Shown here: in pieces, positions 29,933 to 39,114 of the stretch
Layout of the letters: each line of letters begins with the position of its first letter
Numbering within the stretch: the first letter of the stretch is position 1
Origin: Chitinophagaceae bacterium
GTDB taxonomy: Bacteria > Bacteroidota > Bacteroidia > Chitinophagales > Chitinophagaceae
Length of the DNA: 54,358 nt
Assembly: GCA_049289155.1 (NCBI GenBank)
Contig: JBAQJB010000204.1
Span: 1-54,358, forward strand
Direction of reading: 5' to 3'
Translations under genes and position numbers: made by a program
Notes under the pieces: model-generated
Seen by the model: only the letters and a program-made list of their open reading frames with translations
Databases searched by the model: none
Told to the model about the DNA's origin: nothing

Positions 29933-30202
29933 TTATTTTTTCTGGCCTGAATGACTTCTGAAATTTCTTGTTGGTGCAAATTCACCCAATTTATGACCTA
30001 CCATAAATTCAGTTACATATACCGGTATAAATTTATTACCGTTATGCACAGCGAAAGTATGGCCAACGAAATCTGGTGTGATAGTCGAGCGCCGGCTCCA
30101 TGTTTTAATCACAGATTTTTTGTTTTTTCCATCATTTATAGAAAGCACTTTTGTTTCCAGTTTTACATCTACAAAAGGACCTTTTTTAATTGAACGACCC
30201 AT
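29933..30202 (-). CDS. rpsS: 30S ribosomal protein S19 (uS19)
   Basis: [12 protein letters not shown]...[19 protein letters not shown]. Confidence 0.97.
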   Translation of the reverse strand: MGRSIKKGPFVDVKLETKVLSINDGKNKKSVIKTWSRRSTITPDFVGHTFAVHNGNKFIPVYVTEFMVGHKLGEFAPTRNFRSHSGQKK

Positions 30203-30247
30203 AATTATTATTAATTTATAATATTGCTGAAATGACAGCTTTACTTT

Positions 30248-31087
30248 TTATTTTGATAATTTTTTACCATCCCTGCGCTGAATAATCATTTTATCACTTC
30301 CTTTTCCACGTGTCCTGGTCTTTTCTCCTTTGGCGTATTTACCTGTCCTTGACCTTGGGTGTCCACCAGATGCTCTTCCTTCACCACCACCCATCGGGTG
30401 ATCTACAGGGTTCATGGCTACACCACGAACACGTGGCCTTACGCCTTTCCACCTGTTTCGTCCGGCCTTACCTGCTGTTTCAAGACTATGATCACTATTT
30501 GAAACAATACCAACGGTTGCCATACAATTAATTAATACCCTGCGCAATTCACCGGAAGGCATTTTAATGATGCCATACTTTTCTTCCTTATTTGTCAATT
30601 GGGCTGATCCACCTGCACTTCTTACCAGTTTTCCACCCTGGCCAGGCTGCATTTCAATATTATGAATTGTTGTGCCGAGGGGTATATTTTTAATAGGCAA
30701 TGCATTACCAATTTCCGGTGCAACGCTATGTCCTGAAATGATACTGGTGCCTACCTGCAAACCCTGGGGTGCAATGATGTACCTTCTTTCGCCATCTGTA
30801 TATTCAACTAAAGCAATAAAAGGGGTCCGGTTTGGATCATACTCAATAGTCAAAACCTTTGCATCCATATCCTGCTTATCTCGCTTGAAATCAATAATGC
30901 GGTAATGGTGCCTGTGTCCGCCGCCTTTATAACGCATGCTTCTGCGGCCATCGGAATTACGGCCGGCTTTGCTGTGCTGTTTTTCCAGTAATTTTTTTTC
31001 AGGTTCGTTGGTCGTAATTTCTGCATATGCATTACCAATTCTCCACCTGGTACCTGCAGTAATTGCTTTAAATTTTTTAAGTGCCAT
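30248..31087 (-). CDS. rplB: 50S ribosomal protein L2 (uL2)
   Basis: [15 protein letters not shown]...[17 protein letters not shown]. Confidence 0.97.
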   Translation of the reverse strand: MALKKFKAITAGTRWRIGNAYAEITTNEPEKKLLEKQHSKAGRNSDGRRSMRYKGGGHRHHYRIIDFKRDKQDMDAKVLTIEYDPNRTPFIALVEYTDGERRYIIAPQGLQVGTSIISGHSVAPEIGNALPIKNIPLGTTIHNIEMQPGQGGKLVRSAGGSAQLTNKEEKYGIIKMPSGELRRVLINCMATVGIVSNSDHSLETAGKAGRNRWKGVRPRVRGVAMNPVDHPMGGGEGRASGGHPRSRTGKYAKGEKTRTRGKGSDKMIIQRRDGKKLSK

Positions 31088-31141
31088 TTCTCTTTCTTTT
31101 TTTTGACGTAATTTTCAGCAACGCCGGCTATATTTTTTAAT

Positions 31142-31441
31142 TTAGATATTTGCGTATAAATCAATGGTATCGCCTTTTGCCAGTGTAACCATCGCTTTTT
31201 TATAAGAAGGTTTCCGGCCTTTAATGTACCCGGCTTTTGTAAAACGTGATTTCGTTTTGGCCGGTACAACTACAGTATGTACATCCATTACTGTAATGCC
31301 ATAAAATTCTTCTACCGCTTTTTTGATTTCCAGTTTGTTGGCACGCGGGCTAACCCTGAAAGTATATTTACTCAATTTTTCCTGTTGGGCATTTGCCTTT
31401 TCTGTAAGAATTGGTTTTATGAGAACATCTGCGGGATTCAT
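31142..31441 (-). CDS. rplW: 50S ribosomal protein L23 (uL23)
   Basis: LIKPILTEKANAQQEK..YTFRVSPRANKLEIKKAVEEFYG. Confidence 0.93.
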   Translation of the reverse strand: MNPADVLIKPILTEKANAQQEKLSKYTFRVSPRANKLEIKKAVEEFYGITVMDVHTVVVPAKTKSRFTKAGYIKGRKPSYKKAMVTLAKGDTIDLYANI

Positions 31442-31480
31442 CGCTTATAATTTGAATTTTATTAATTTTTTTCTTCTGAA

Positions 31481-32125
31481 TTATGCTTCCTCAGCTACTT
31501 CATTTTCTTCTTCAATAAATATTTTTGCCGCATTTTCCATAATGAGTAAAGTATCTGCATTTAATATTTCATAAGTGTTCATATCAGATAATTGTGTACT
31601 TGCCACGTTTGGAATATTCCGGCAACTCAGGTACAGGTTATCATCATAATCAGGCAGAATTATTAATACTTTTTTATCAGCAATACTCAAAACTTTCATT
31701 ACATCAAGAAGGCTTTTTGTTTTCGGCGTTTCAAAACTGAAGTCTTCTAATAAGATGATAGCGTTTTCTTTTGCTTTATAAGTAAGGGCACTCATTTTAG
31801 CCAGGTCCTTTACTTTTTTATTCAGTTTAATATCATAGCCGTGTGGCTTTGGTCCAAAAACAGTACCGCCACCTTTATATAAAGGGTTACGAATATTACC
31901 TTTACGCGATCCGCCTGTTCCTTTTTGTTTATGTAATTTCCGGCTGGAGCCTTTTACTTCCGCACGTGTTTTTACCTTATGGTTTCCCTGGCGCTGTGCC
32001 GCCTGGTATTGTTTAACTGCAAGATAAATAACATGATCATTTGGTTCAATTCCAAAAATCTCGTCTGGCAGATCCAATGACCTTCCTGTTTTATCTCCTT
32101 TATTATTTAAAATGTCTAATTGCAT
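31481..32125 (-). CDS. rplD: 50S ribosomal protein L4 (uL4)
   Basis: SRKLHKQKGTGGSRKG..RNPLYKGGGTVFGPKP. Confidence 0.95.
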   Translation of the reverse strand: MQLDILNNKGDKTGRSLDLPDEIFGIEPNDHVIYLAVKQYQAAQRQGNHKVKTRAEVKGSSRKLHKQKGTGGSRKGNIRNPLYKGGGTVFGPKPHGYDIKLNKKVKDLAKMSALTYKAKENAIILLEDFSFETPKTKSLLDVMKVLSIADKKVLIILPDYDDNLYLSCRNIPNVASTQLSDMNTYEILNADTLLIMENAAKIFIEEENEVAEEA

Positions 32126-32140
32126 TGTTAACTATTAATA

Positions 32141-32758
32141 TTATTTCTGAATGTAAACGATAGAGCCATAATGACCCGGGACGGAACCACTTATGAGGAT
32201 ATAATTTTTTTCAGGAAATATTTTTACCACTTTCAGGCCTTTCATTTTCACGCGGTCATTCCCCATACGTCCAGCCATACGCATACCTTTGAAAACCCTG
32301 GCAGGATAAGAAGATCCACCAATAGATCCTGGTGCCCGGGAACGGTCATGCTGGCCATGGGATGCTTCTCCCACACCATGAAAGCCATGGCGCTTTACAA
32401 CGCCCTGGAAACCTTTTCCTTTGGAAGTCCCAACTACATCTACAAGTTCCCCTTCGGTGAAAATATCAAGCGAGATGGTTTCTCCCGGATTTTTTTCCTG
32501 GAAATATTCCCGGAATTCCTTTACAAATTTTTTGGGAGTGGATGAAGATTTTAAATAATGACCGATTTCAGCCTGGGTGGCATGTTTTTCCTTTTTATCG
32601 GCAAAAGCAAGTTGTAATGCGTTGTACCCATCAGTCTCTTTACTTTTTACCTGGGTAACGGTACAGGGTCCTGCTTCTATAATTGTGCAGGCTGTTTGTT
32701 TACCATCCTGCGTAAAGATGCTGGTCATCCCTATTTTTTTACCAATGATTCCTTTCAT
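32141..32758 (-). CDS. rplC: 50S ribosomal protein L3 (uL3)
   Basis: I take the start at the internal Met ([15 protein letters not shown]...). The 43-aa upstream extension in the ORF track (to 32887) is not L3-like. Confidence 0.93.
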   Translation of the reverse strand: MKGIIGKKIGMTSIFTQDGKQTACTIIEAGPCTVTQVKSKETDGYNALQLAFADKKEKHATQAEIGHYLKSSSTPKKFVKEFREYFQEKNPGETISLDIFTEGELVDVVGTSKGKGFQGVVKRHGFHGVGEASHGQHDRSRAPGSIGGSSYPARVFKGMRMAGRMGNDRVKMKGLKVVKIFPEKNYILISGSVPGHYGSIVYIQK

Positions 32759-33044
32759 TGTTGTTGCGGTTTTTGCCCCGCATTGGTTATGGAGACTCCC
32801 GATAAATCGGGATCCATCTCCTGTTTGCCACCGACCTTTTCGTTTTTTTTCTCTTTGGGAGAAATCGGAAGTACCGGCAGTAAACAAACCTCGAAGGGCC
32901 TGTTTATATGTTATTCTTTAACTGTTTAGTTAAAGATGTATTTTCTAAAATGATCAGAGCTCTTTTCTTCCGAAAGATCGGGATTGAGAGATGATGCCTG
33001 TTTATAAGAACTAATTTCTTCCGGCAATTAAGCCCGATGAAAAA
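32759..33044 (-). promoter_or_regulatory. Unusually long (286-nt), hairpin-rich rpsJ-rplC intercistronic spacer; candidate cis-regulatory leader for rplC and downstream genes
   Basis: Minus-strand RNA contains GGAGAUGGAUCCCGAUUUAUCGGGAGUCUCC (11 bp in two helices, 32791-32821) and CUUUAACUAAACAGUUAAAG (8-bp perfect hairpin, 32919-32938). It also contains UAAACAGGCCCUUCGAGGUUUGUUUA and three copies of a CCGAU[CU]U motif. Confidence 0.35.
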
Positions 33045-33350
33045 TTATGCTTTAATTTCAACTTCAACCCCTGATGGCAAATCCAATTTGCTCAATGCAT
33101 CTACAGTGCGGGAAGAAGATGTATAAATATCCAATAACCTTTTATGCGTACATAACTGAAATTGTTCACGGCTTTTTTTATTTACGTGTGGTGAACGCAA
33201 CACAGTAAAAATTTTCCTGTGCGTAGGAAGTGGAATTGGTCCGGTAACTACAGCACCGGTGGTCCTTACTGTTTTTACGATCTTTTCTGCTGATTTATCT
33301 ACCAGGTTATGATCGTAAGATTGTAATTTTATTCTGATTCTCTGAGACAT
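33045..33350 (-). CDS. rpsJ: 30S ribosomal protein S10 (uS10)
   Basis: [25 protein letters not shown]...[14 protein letters not shown]. Confidence 0.97.
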   Translation of the reverse strand: MSQRIRIKLQSYDHNLVDKSAEKIVKTVRTTGAVVTGPIPLPTHRKIFTVLRSPHVNKKSREQFQLCTHKRLLDIYTSSSRTVDALSKLDLPSGVEVEIKA

Positions 33351-33381
33351 AGCATAAACCCAAATTTTTTATTTGGGAGCG

Positions 33382-33412
33382 CAAAGGTAAGGGGTTCCGG
33401 TATATTGGGCAA
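33382..33412 (-). promoter_or_regulatory. Candidate sigma-A promoter of the S10 cluster (TTG-N20-TACCTTTG)
   Basis: On the minus strand, TTG (33410-33412), a 20-nt spacer and TACCTTTG (33382-33389) match the Bacteroidota -33/-7 consensus. The -7 box ends 31 nt upstream of the rpsJ ATG. Confidence 0.5.
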
Positions 33413-33590
33413 CAAAAATATATTTATTTTAAAAAAAAATTGAAATTATACGTGTTGCTGGTTCATTTCTCATGGAAAACTACTAGCCTAACATGGTTTT
33501 ATATTGCTACTACGATTTTTAAAATCGAGTTTTATAAAGTTTAAAAAACGATACAATAAGTTCATTATATTTCATACTTTTATCTAAAAA

Positions 33591-34064
33591 ATGATCCGGG
33601 ATGCTTTGACATGTATTGCTACCGAGTTAAATGCCCGGAAAAATTCAGGGAAAATTCCTGCAATTGTCTCAGCAATAAAACCCATTCGTGTTAAGCACGA
33701 AAACCAACTCATCCTGTCCCTGGTAAATATTGAAGAAGAATTATCCCTCAGGAATTTCGCTGAGATCAATAACCTCGCACCTCCCATGCTGCACATTAAT
33801 TTATATGTATTAATAAGTGCTTATTTCAATGCTTCTGATTATGTGGAAAGCCTGGACAGCATTTCCCACGTTATTTCTTTTTTTCATCAAAAGCCGGTAT
33901 TTACACCTCAAAATACAAAGATGCCTGGAAAGATTATTGATAAATTTGTTGTTGAATTTTGTAATGTAGATATCAACACCTTTGCTCTATTGAGTCAAAC
34001 AACCGGTGTAAATAATATGCCTTCGGTTTTATACAAGGTTCAATTGCATTATTTACCTGTGTGA
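33591..34064 (+). CDS. DUF4255 (Pvc16/Afp16 N-terminal domain-like) protein, isolated
   Basis: 157 aa with the DUF4255 layout as I remember it: MIRDAL..I..EL, LILSLVNIEEELSLRN, PPMLHINLYVLISAYF, ESLDSISHVISFFHQKPVFT and a terminal MPSVLYKVQL. Recognition is from memory, not from a search. Confidence 0.55.
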   Translation: MIRDALTCIATELNARKNSGKIPAIVSAIKPIRVKHENQLILSLVNIEEELSLRNFAEINNLAPPMLHINLYVLISAYFNASDYVESLDSISHVISFFHQKPVFTPQNTKMPGKIIDKFVVEFCNVDINTFALLSQTTGVNNMPSVLYKVQLHYLPV

Positions 34065-34080
34065 ATGTTGTTACCTAATA

Positions 34081-34668
34081 CTAAAAACTCCTGATTGGAC
34101 GTACTGCGTAGGAAGTAATTTTATCAGATTTAATTTGCTGCCCATTGGAAAAATTTTGAAACCAGGCCAGCTTTTCGTCAAATTCAGTAGAGCTCCAGTA
34201 AGCGAATGGTGAAAACCCTCCAATCCTATCTTTTTGCATATATAGTAAATTCAATTCTTCTTTAGAAGGCAAATACCAGTCATGTAAACCTTTATAAGTA
34301 TACTCCAGCGCCCTGAGTGCTGCATAATCTGACCCCTCACCCTGATCCCCTAATATAAAGTAGATTTTACGCGTATTTCTTTTACCGGCTCCCACTTTGG
34401 AAGACCGCACACCCAGCAATGAATCTTTATAAGCCCATAAAGCAGGCTCTTCTGTATCTGCTTTGGCTGCAATCAGGCCATGCTGCCCCGTAGAATCAAT
34501 ATAAAAAATTATTCCGCCGCCGAATTGCTGGCCTACCAGGAAACTACTTTGTTTTAAAGTGACTGCCGGAAATAAATCCTGCGTAGTACTTGTATCCACA
34601 TTTTTATTGCAGGATACAAGTATAAAAATCAATGCACTTATGGATAAGATTTTTATGCTGCTTTTCAT
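34081..34668 (-). CDS. DUF1566 (Lcl C-terminal domain) lipoprotein
   Basis: Lipobox ILVSC, with GGGIIFYID...GLIAA, WYLPSKEELNLLY, YWSSTE and AVRPIRSF motifs. Confidence 0.75.
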   Translation of the reverse strand: MKSSIKILSISALIFILVSCNKNVDTSTTQDLFPAVTLKQSSFLVGQQFGGGIIFYIDSTGQHGLIAAKADTEEPALWAYKDSLLGVRSSKVGAGKRNTRKIYFILGDQGEGSDYAALRALEYTYKGLHDWYLPSKEELNLLYMQKDRIGGFSPFAYWSSTEFDEKLAWFQNFSNGQQIKSDKITSYAVRPIRSF

Positions 34669-34871
34669 TTTATTATTTTAAAGATGGATAAATGGGAATG
34701 TTTTAAATGTTGAAAATTGTTGCTGTTATTTAAACAATACTTCCAGTTTTTTTCAAATGTCACATTAGGAAGTAGAAATTCAAAAAATATTGTTCAGGGA
34801 GATATTAAAATTTTTTAATAAAAATTTTTAAAGAGAAAATATCATAATTTCATTTTCTAAAACCAAATTAC

Positions 34872-36752
34872 ATGAAAACAAGATTACCAAAACGCTTAAT
34901 GATTACGTGTCTGATCATTTCGCCTTTCTTCGCTATGGCACAACAACAACTAACGCCTTCAAATGTTACATCCAAAAGAACTTTGAATTTTAAAGAAGCA
35001 ACCAAAAACCAGGCAAACCTGGAGGCTGCTACTGAAATCAATCCTTTTGTTATGAAAAAATTGAATGAGCGTAACAAACTATCACAGGTATTTGTAAACT
35101 CTCCATTATTACCTAAAAGTAAATCAACAGGCCTTCATGCTGATATGCCCGTTGGAAATTCTTTTTCAAATAATGGCAATGATGACAAAATTTTAAAAAG
35201 CCCGAATCCATTACTCGCATTTAAAGGTTCTAAAGAAGGCAGGGGCAAAATCTATCCTCCAGATCCAAGTGGTGCTGCAGGACCAACCTATGTGATGCAT
35301 ACTAATAACCAGGAGTATGTGATCTCTGATAAATCAGGTGCCCTTGTTTTATCTTTACCTGTTGATTCTTTCTGGAGTGGCTTTTCAACATCTTTTGCTA
35401 TTGCCTATCCTCACGTTCAGTATGATGCTCAGCTAAGCCATTTTTATATTTCAACGCTTGGGGTAAATACATCAACTGGTGATTATACGATTATGTTTGG
35501 CGCTTCTGCGACATCAGACCCTACCGGAAACTGGTCTTTATATTCACTGGATTTAGGACCACTATATATCCAGGATGCCCCTGAAATGGGATACAGTAAA
35601 CGTTGGTTCACTTTTACTACAAATCAATATGACACAAGCTCTTTTAGCTTTGTGTCTTCACATGTTACATTAATGAATATAGCACAAATGGCTGCGGGTA
35701 CTTTATCAAGTGTTTTTTCATTGGATGATGTAAACTTTTCTTCAATGAACCCGGTTGAAACGCAGGATGTAAATGTAAATAATCATTATATAGTTTCAAA
35801 TATGGGCAGCAGTGCTGATACAGGATATTTATATATGGTTCATGTTGGAGGAACACCAACTGCGCCTACTTATACTTATGATGGGTATATTACAAATGCT
35901 ACACCATGGAGCAGTTCACCTGTATATGGATCACAAAATGGCACCAGCAATCAGATTTGGCTGGGAAATACAAAACTGACTAATGCCGTTTATAAAAATG
36001 GACACATTTTCACAAGTCAAACTGTATACTTACCTGCAGCCGCACCTACAAGAGCTGCCGCACAATTTTGGGATTTCACAGTTTCCTCACGTGTCGTTAA
36101 TCAATTGGGCAGGGTAGAAGATAATGGTAATGTAAACATGTATGCATTTCCAAGTATAGCTGTAAATTCTAATAATGATATTTTATTGAGTTATAATGCA
36201 TTTTCTTCAACAACATATCCAAGTGCAGCATATTCATATCGCAATGGCGCAGATGTTGCGGGCAACTTACGTAAATCAAAAATATACAAAAAAGGCAAAG
36301 CTTCCTATTTTGAAGGTGGAAGTGCCGCACTCACTTATTATTGGGGTGATTATACATCTACAAGTGTAGATCCAACAGATGGTAGTTTCTGGACAGTTCA
36401 GGAATATTCTGAAAAACCAGTTGACAAATGGGGTACCTGGTGGGCTCATGTGGATGACGTAGCATTCGCACCAGAGAATGATGGTCAAAAATCAGAACAG
36501 GTTTCTCTCGTAAACATTTCACCAAACCCGGCTAAAGGCCAGGCAACAATTTCATGGAAAGAGGACAATTCAGCTTCTGTAAAAATTCAAATCAGCAATG
36601 CCCAGGGCGTTGTATTGATCACTAAACAAGTGAATACGCAGAAAGGTATGAATTCTTTGCAAATGAATATCGGTAACCTGGTTACTGGTTTTTATTCCGT
36701 TACAATTTATAACGGTACTGATGTGAAAAAAGCTCAGTTAATGGTTAGATAG
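34872..36752 (+). CDS. Secreted protein of unknown function with a T9SS type-A C-terminal sorting domain
   Basis: Signal peptide (...FFAMAQQQ) and an unrecognised region of about 500 aa containing YPPDPSGAAGPTYVMHTNN. The C-terminus ISPNPAKGQATISW...FYSVTIYNG...LMVR is a T9SS sorting domain. Confidence 0.7.
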   Translation: MKTRLPKRLMITCLIISPFFAMAQQQLTPSNVTSKRTLNFKEATKNQANLEAATEINPFVMKKLNERNKLSQVFVNSPLLPKSKSTGLHADMPVGNSFSNNGNDDKILKSPNPLLAFKGSKEGRGKIYPPDPSGAAGPTYVMHTNNQEYVISDKSGALVLSLPVDSFWSGFSTSFAIAYPHVQYDAQLSHFYISTLGVNTSTGDYTIMFGASATSDPTGNWSLYSLDLGPLYIQDAPEMGYSKRWFTFTTNQYDTSSFSFVSSHVTLMNIAQMAAGTLSSVFSLDDVNFSSMNPVETQDVNVNNHYIVSNMGSSADTGYLYMVHVGGTPTAPTYTYDGYITNATPWSSSPVYGSQNGTSNQIWLGNTKLTNAVYKNGHIFTSQTVYLPAAAPTRAAAQFWDFTVSSRVVNQLGRVEDNGNVNMYAFPSIAVNSNNDILLSYNAFSSTTYPSAAYSYRNGADVAGNLRKSKIYKKGKASYFEGGSAALTYYWGDYTSTSVDPTDGSFWTVQEYSEKPVDKWGTWWAHVDDVAFAPENDGQKSEQVSLVNISPNPAKGQATISWKEDNSASVKIQISNAQGVVLITKQVNTQKGMNSLQMNIGNLVTGFYSVTIYNGTDVKKAQLMVR

Positions 36753-36769
36753 TATTTAGAGTTATATAA

Positions 36770-36801
36770 AAAAAGGCTGCCATTTTTGGCAGCTTTTTTT
36801 A
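36770..36801 (+). terminator. Rho-independent terminator
   Basis: gctgcca-tttt-tggcagc (7-bp stem) followed by ttttttt, 18 nt after the stop codon. Confidence 0.7.
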
Positions 36802-36951
36802 TACTTTTCATTTGATCATATAAGAAGCCCGGTCTTAAATAATTTGTTCAGTTGTATGTATAAATAGAATTTAAATCTAGAGTAGATGAATAAGGAAATG
36901 GCGCCTGCTTTAGAAATTTCAATATTAAGAACTTAAAATTTATACTAACTG

Positions 36952-37566
36952 CTATTTCCTCCATTTACCGCTAACATGGGCATTTCCTTTCATATAAAAC
37001 CTATAAGGAAGTAATGCGTCATCACCGGAATAATCCACGCCAATCCGCGGAGATATCCCAATATCTTTATTTTTTATTTTGACATCATCATCATAAAAAA
37101 AAATTTCCTCACTATTTACGGAAACACCGCTATGCCCTGTATGAATTCCTAAAGCCTTACAAACATTTCCCGGGCCACGTCCAATAGATGTATCTGTCGC
37201 TTCTTTATTTGCCCGAAGTGCCATGATATTGATTCCCGAAACCGGCTCTCCACCCCGTATTAAAATTGCTTGGGGTATGTTTTCTATATTAGTTACTATA
37301 TTAAACATCTGGTGCAGGCCATAACATAAATACACATATGCCACACCACCCTTTTCATACATCACTTTAGTACGGTTCGTTCTTCGGTTGCTGAAAGCAT
37401 GTGATGCTTTATCTATCGCTCCGTTATATGCTTCAGATTCTACTATGCGCAATACCGTTAAGTTCCCATCAAAATTTGTAGCCAGGCATTTTCCCAATAA
37501 TTCTTTAGCTATTATTGCAACATCGGGTCTTGTAAAGAATGAAACCGGTATTATTTTTCCTTTCAT
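36952..37566 (-). CDS. mpg: DNA-3-methyladenine glycosylase (Mpg/AAG family)
   Basis: I take the start at the internal Met (MKGKIIPVSFFTRPDV). Motifs are LLGKCL, IVESEAYNG..DKASHAF, RT.RTKVMY..GGVAYVYLCYG and NIVT. Confidence 0.85.
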   Translation of the reverse strand: MKGKIIPVSFFTRPDVAIIAKELLGKCLATNFDGNLTVLRIVESEAYNGAIDKASHAFSNRRTNRTKVMYEKGGVAYVYLCYGLHQMFNIVTNIENIPQAILIRGGEPVSGINIMALRANKEATDTSIGRGPGNVCKALGIHTGHSGVSVNSEEIFFYDDDVKIKNKDIGISPRIGVDYSGDDALLPYRFYMKGNAHVSGKWRK

Positions 37567-37617
37567 ATAAATGGTGAACTTTACAGGCTGATATTTTAAA
37601 AAAATAAAATAAACGGG

Positions 37618-38379
37618 TTGTTTAAAGAAATTGTTATTGCGATACAAAGTTATGCACGTGCGCATCGATTTATACAAAAAAATAAATTATGGAAATGGAT
37701 TTTAGTACCCGGTATTGTTTATACCATCCTATTTATAATTTCCATGTATTTTTTTGGTAAAACTGCCAATACATTTATTGACTTCATCATGTCTGTATCC
37801 GGCCTGGGCAATTGGTTGCATGAAACCCGCAGTGGCACTATTGGTTTCCTTGTAACACTCTCAGGGATCGTGCTCTGGATTGTTCAAATGCTTTTTTATT
37901 TTTCTTTATTTAAATATACCTGGCTGATTATTGGTTCACCCGTCTTTTCATACCTGAGCGAAAAAACAGACCAGATTCTAAATGGAAGAGAGAAGTCATT
38001 TAATAAAACACAATGGTTGAAAGATATTTTAAGGGGTATCTCCATCGCTATAAGAAATGCGCTTTGGCAAACAGTTTATTTGATTGCTATTTTTATTTTA
38101 TCATTAATCCCTATTGCAGGAATATTTACAATTTTGCTCGCACTCATTGTGGAATGTTATTATTATGGTTTCAGTATGCTTGATTATAGTTGTGAAAGAA
38201 AAAAGTGGAGTGCATCAAAAAGTATTTTTTATATTGGGAATAATAAAGGTCTTGCCATAGGTAATGGCCTGGTTTTTTATGCGATGCAATGTATTCCCAT
38301 ACTGGGATGGGTGGTGGCGCCGGCATATGCTGTGATTGCAGCTGAATTGAGCATGCAGCCTGAAAAAGAAAATATATAA
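37618..38379 (+). CDS. EI24/CysZ-like family membrane protein
   Basis: 253-aa polytopic protein with an N-terminus (F..I..AI.SY..A..FI.KNKLWKW) typical of Bacteroidota EI24-domain proteins. It has a TTG start. Confidence 0.65.
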   Translation: MFKEIVIAIQSYARAHRFIQKNKLWKWILVPGIVYTILFIISMYFFGKTANTFIDFIMSVSGLGNWLHETRSGTIGFLVTLSGIVLWIVQMLFYFSLFKYTWLIIGSPVFSYLSEKTDQILNGREKSFNKTQWLKDILRGISIAIRNALWQTVYLIAIFILSLIPIAGIFTILLALIVECYYYGFSMLDYSCERKKWSASKSIFYIGNNKGLAIGNGLVFYAMQCIPILGWVVAPAYAVIAAELSMQPEKENI

Positions 38380-38386
38380 TATTTTT

Positions 38387-39109
38387 ATGGAACCCGTAAA
38401 AAAAGCAACCGTTTATTTAATTCCTGCTGTTTTAAGCAATGATGAAAAAGCTTTAGCCACTCTACCTGCATATATAATTGACAACATAAAAAAATGCACT
38501 GTATTTTTTACAGAACAGGAAAAAACCACGCGCCGGTTTTTTAAAAAACTCTGGAAAGAAATGGTGATTGATGATTACACCTGGTATGCTTTACACCACG
38601 TTGATGATAATATAATAAATGCTTTTAAAAAACATATCCTGGAAGGTGAAACAATTGGCATTATTAGCGAAGCCGGTTGTCCCGGAATTGCAGATCCTGG
38701 CCAGGATTTAGTAGCAATTGCACATTTGAATAACGCAAAAGTAATCCCGCTTGTAGGACCGAGTTCCATATTATTAGCGCTTATGGCTAGTGGATTAAAT
38801 GGGCAGCATTTCCAATTTTGTGGTTACCTGCCCATCGATCCTGCAGCAAGAAGAAAGAAAATTAAAGAAGTTGAAGCATATTCCCAGGCGGAAAAATGCA
38901 CACAAATATTTATTGAAACGCCCTATCGGAATAATGCACTCCTGGCAGATATCATTTCCTCCTGCCAGGCTGAAACCCTTTTGTGCATTGGTTATGATAT
39001 AACAGGTGAAAACGAATCCATTCAAACAAAAAAAATAAAAGACTGGAAAAAAAAGATACCGGTTTTAGAAAAAATACCCGCAATCTTTTTACTATTAGCC
39101 AATAAATGA
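38387..39109 (+). CDS. SAM-dependent methyltransferase, tetrapyrrole-methylase (RsmI-like) fold
   Basis: GIISEAGCPGIADPG and IPLVGPSS motifs. Length is 240 aa. Confidence 0.7.
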   Translation: MEPVKKATVYLIPAVLSNDEKALATLPAYIIDNIKKCTVFFTEQEKTTRRFFKKLWKEMVIDDYTWYALHHVDDNIINAFKKHILEGETIGIISEAGCPGIADPGQDLVAIAHLNNAKVIPLVGPSSILLALMASGLNGQHFQFCGYLPIDPAARRKKIKEVEAYSQAEKCTQIFIETPYRNNALLADIISSCQAETLLCIGYDITGENESIQTKKIKDWKKKIPVLEKIPAIFLLLANK

Positions 39110-39114
39110 AATGG

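Noticed and set aside
30850-31269. 139-aa minus-strand ORF spanning the rplW-rplB junction
   Set aside because: It overlaps two conserved ribosomal protein genes out of frame, and its translation has no protein-like features.
32759-32887. 43-aa N-terminal extension of L3 in the ORF track ([20 protein letters not shown]...)
   Set aside because: uL3 conservation begins at [15 protein letters not shown], and the extension is not L3-like. I treat it as non-coding spacer (see the finding), though only ribosome profiling or proteomics could exclude it fully.
33359-33377. Perfect hairpin cccaaat-aaaaa-atttggg just upstream of rpsJ, considered as an L4-type attenuator
   Set aside because: With the predicted -7 box at 33382-33389, the TSS would fall inside or at the edge of the hairpin, so it would probably not be fully transcribed. 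The stem is all A/T plus three G-C pairs and may simply be part of the promoter-proximal A/T-rich region.
33591-36752. Looked for a contractile injection system or phage-tail-like locus around the DUF4255 gene
   Set aside because: No sheath, tube, baseplate, spike, LysM or AAA+ ATPase-like ORFs occur here or elsewhere in the window. Only the single marker gene is present.
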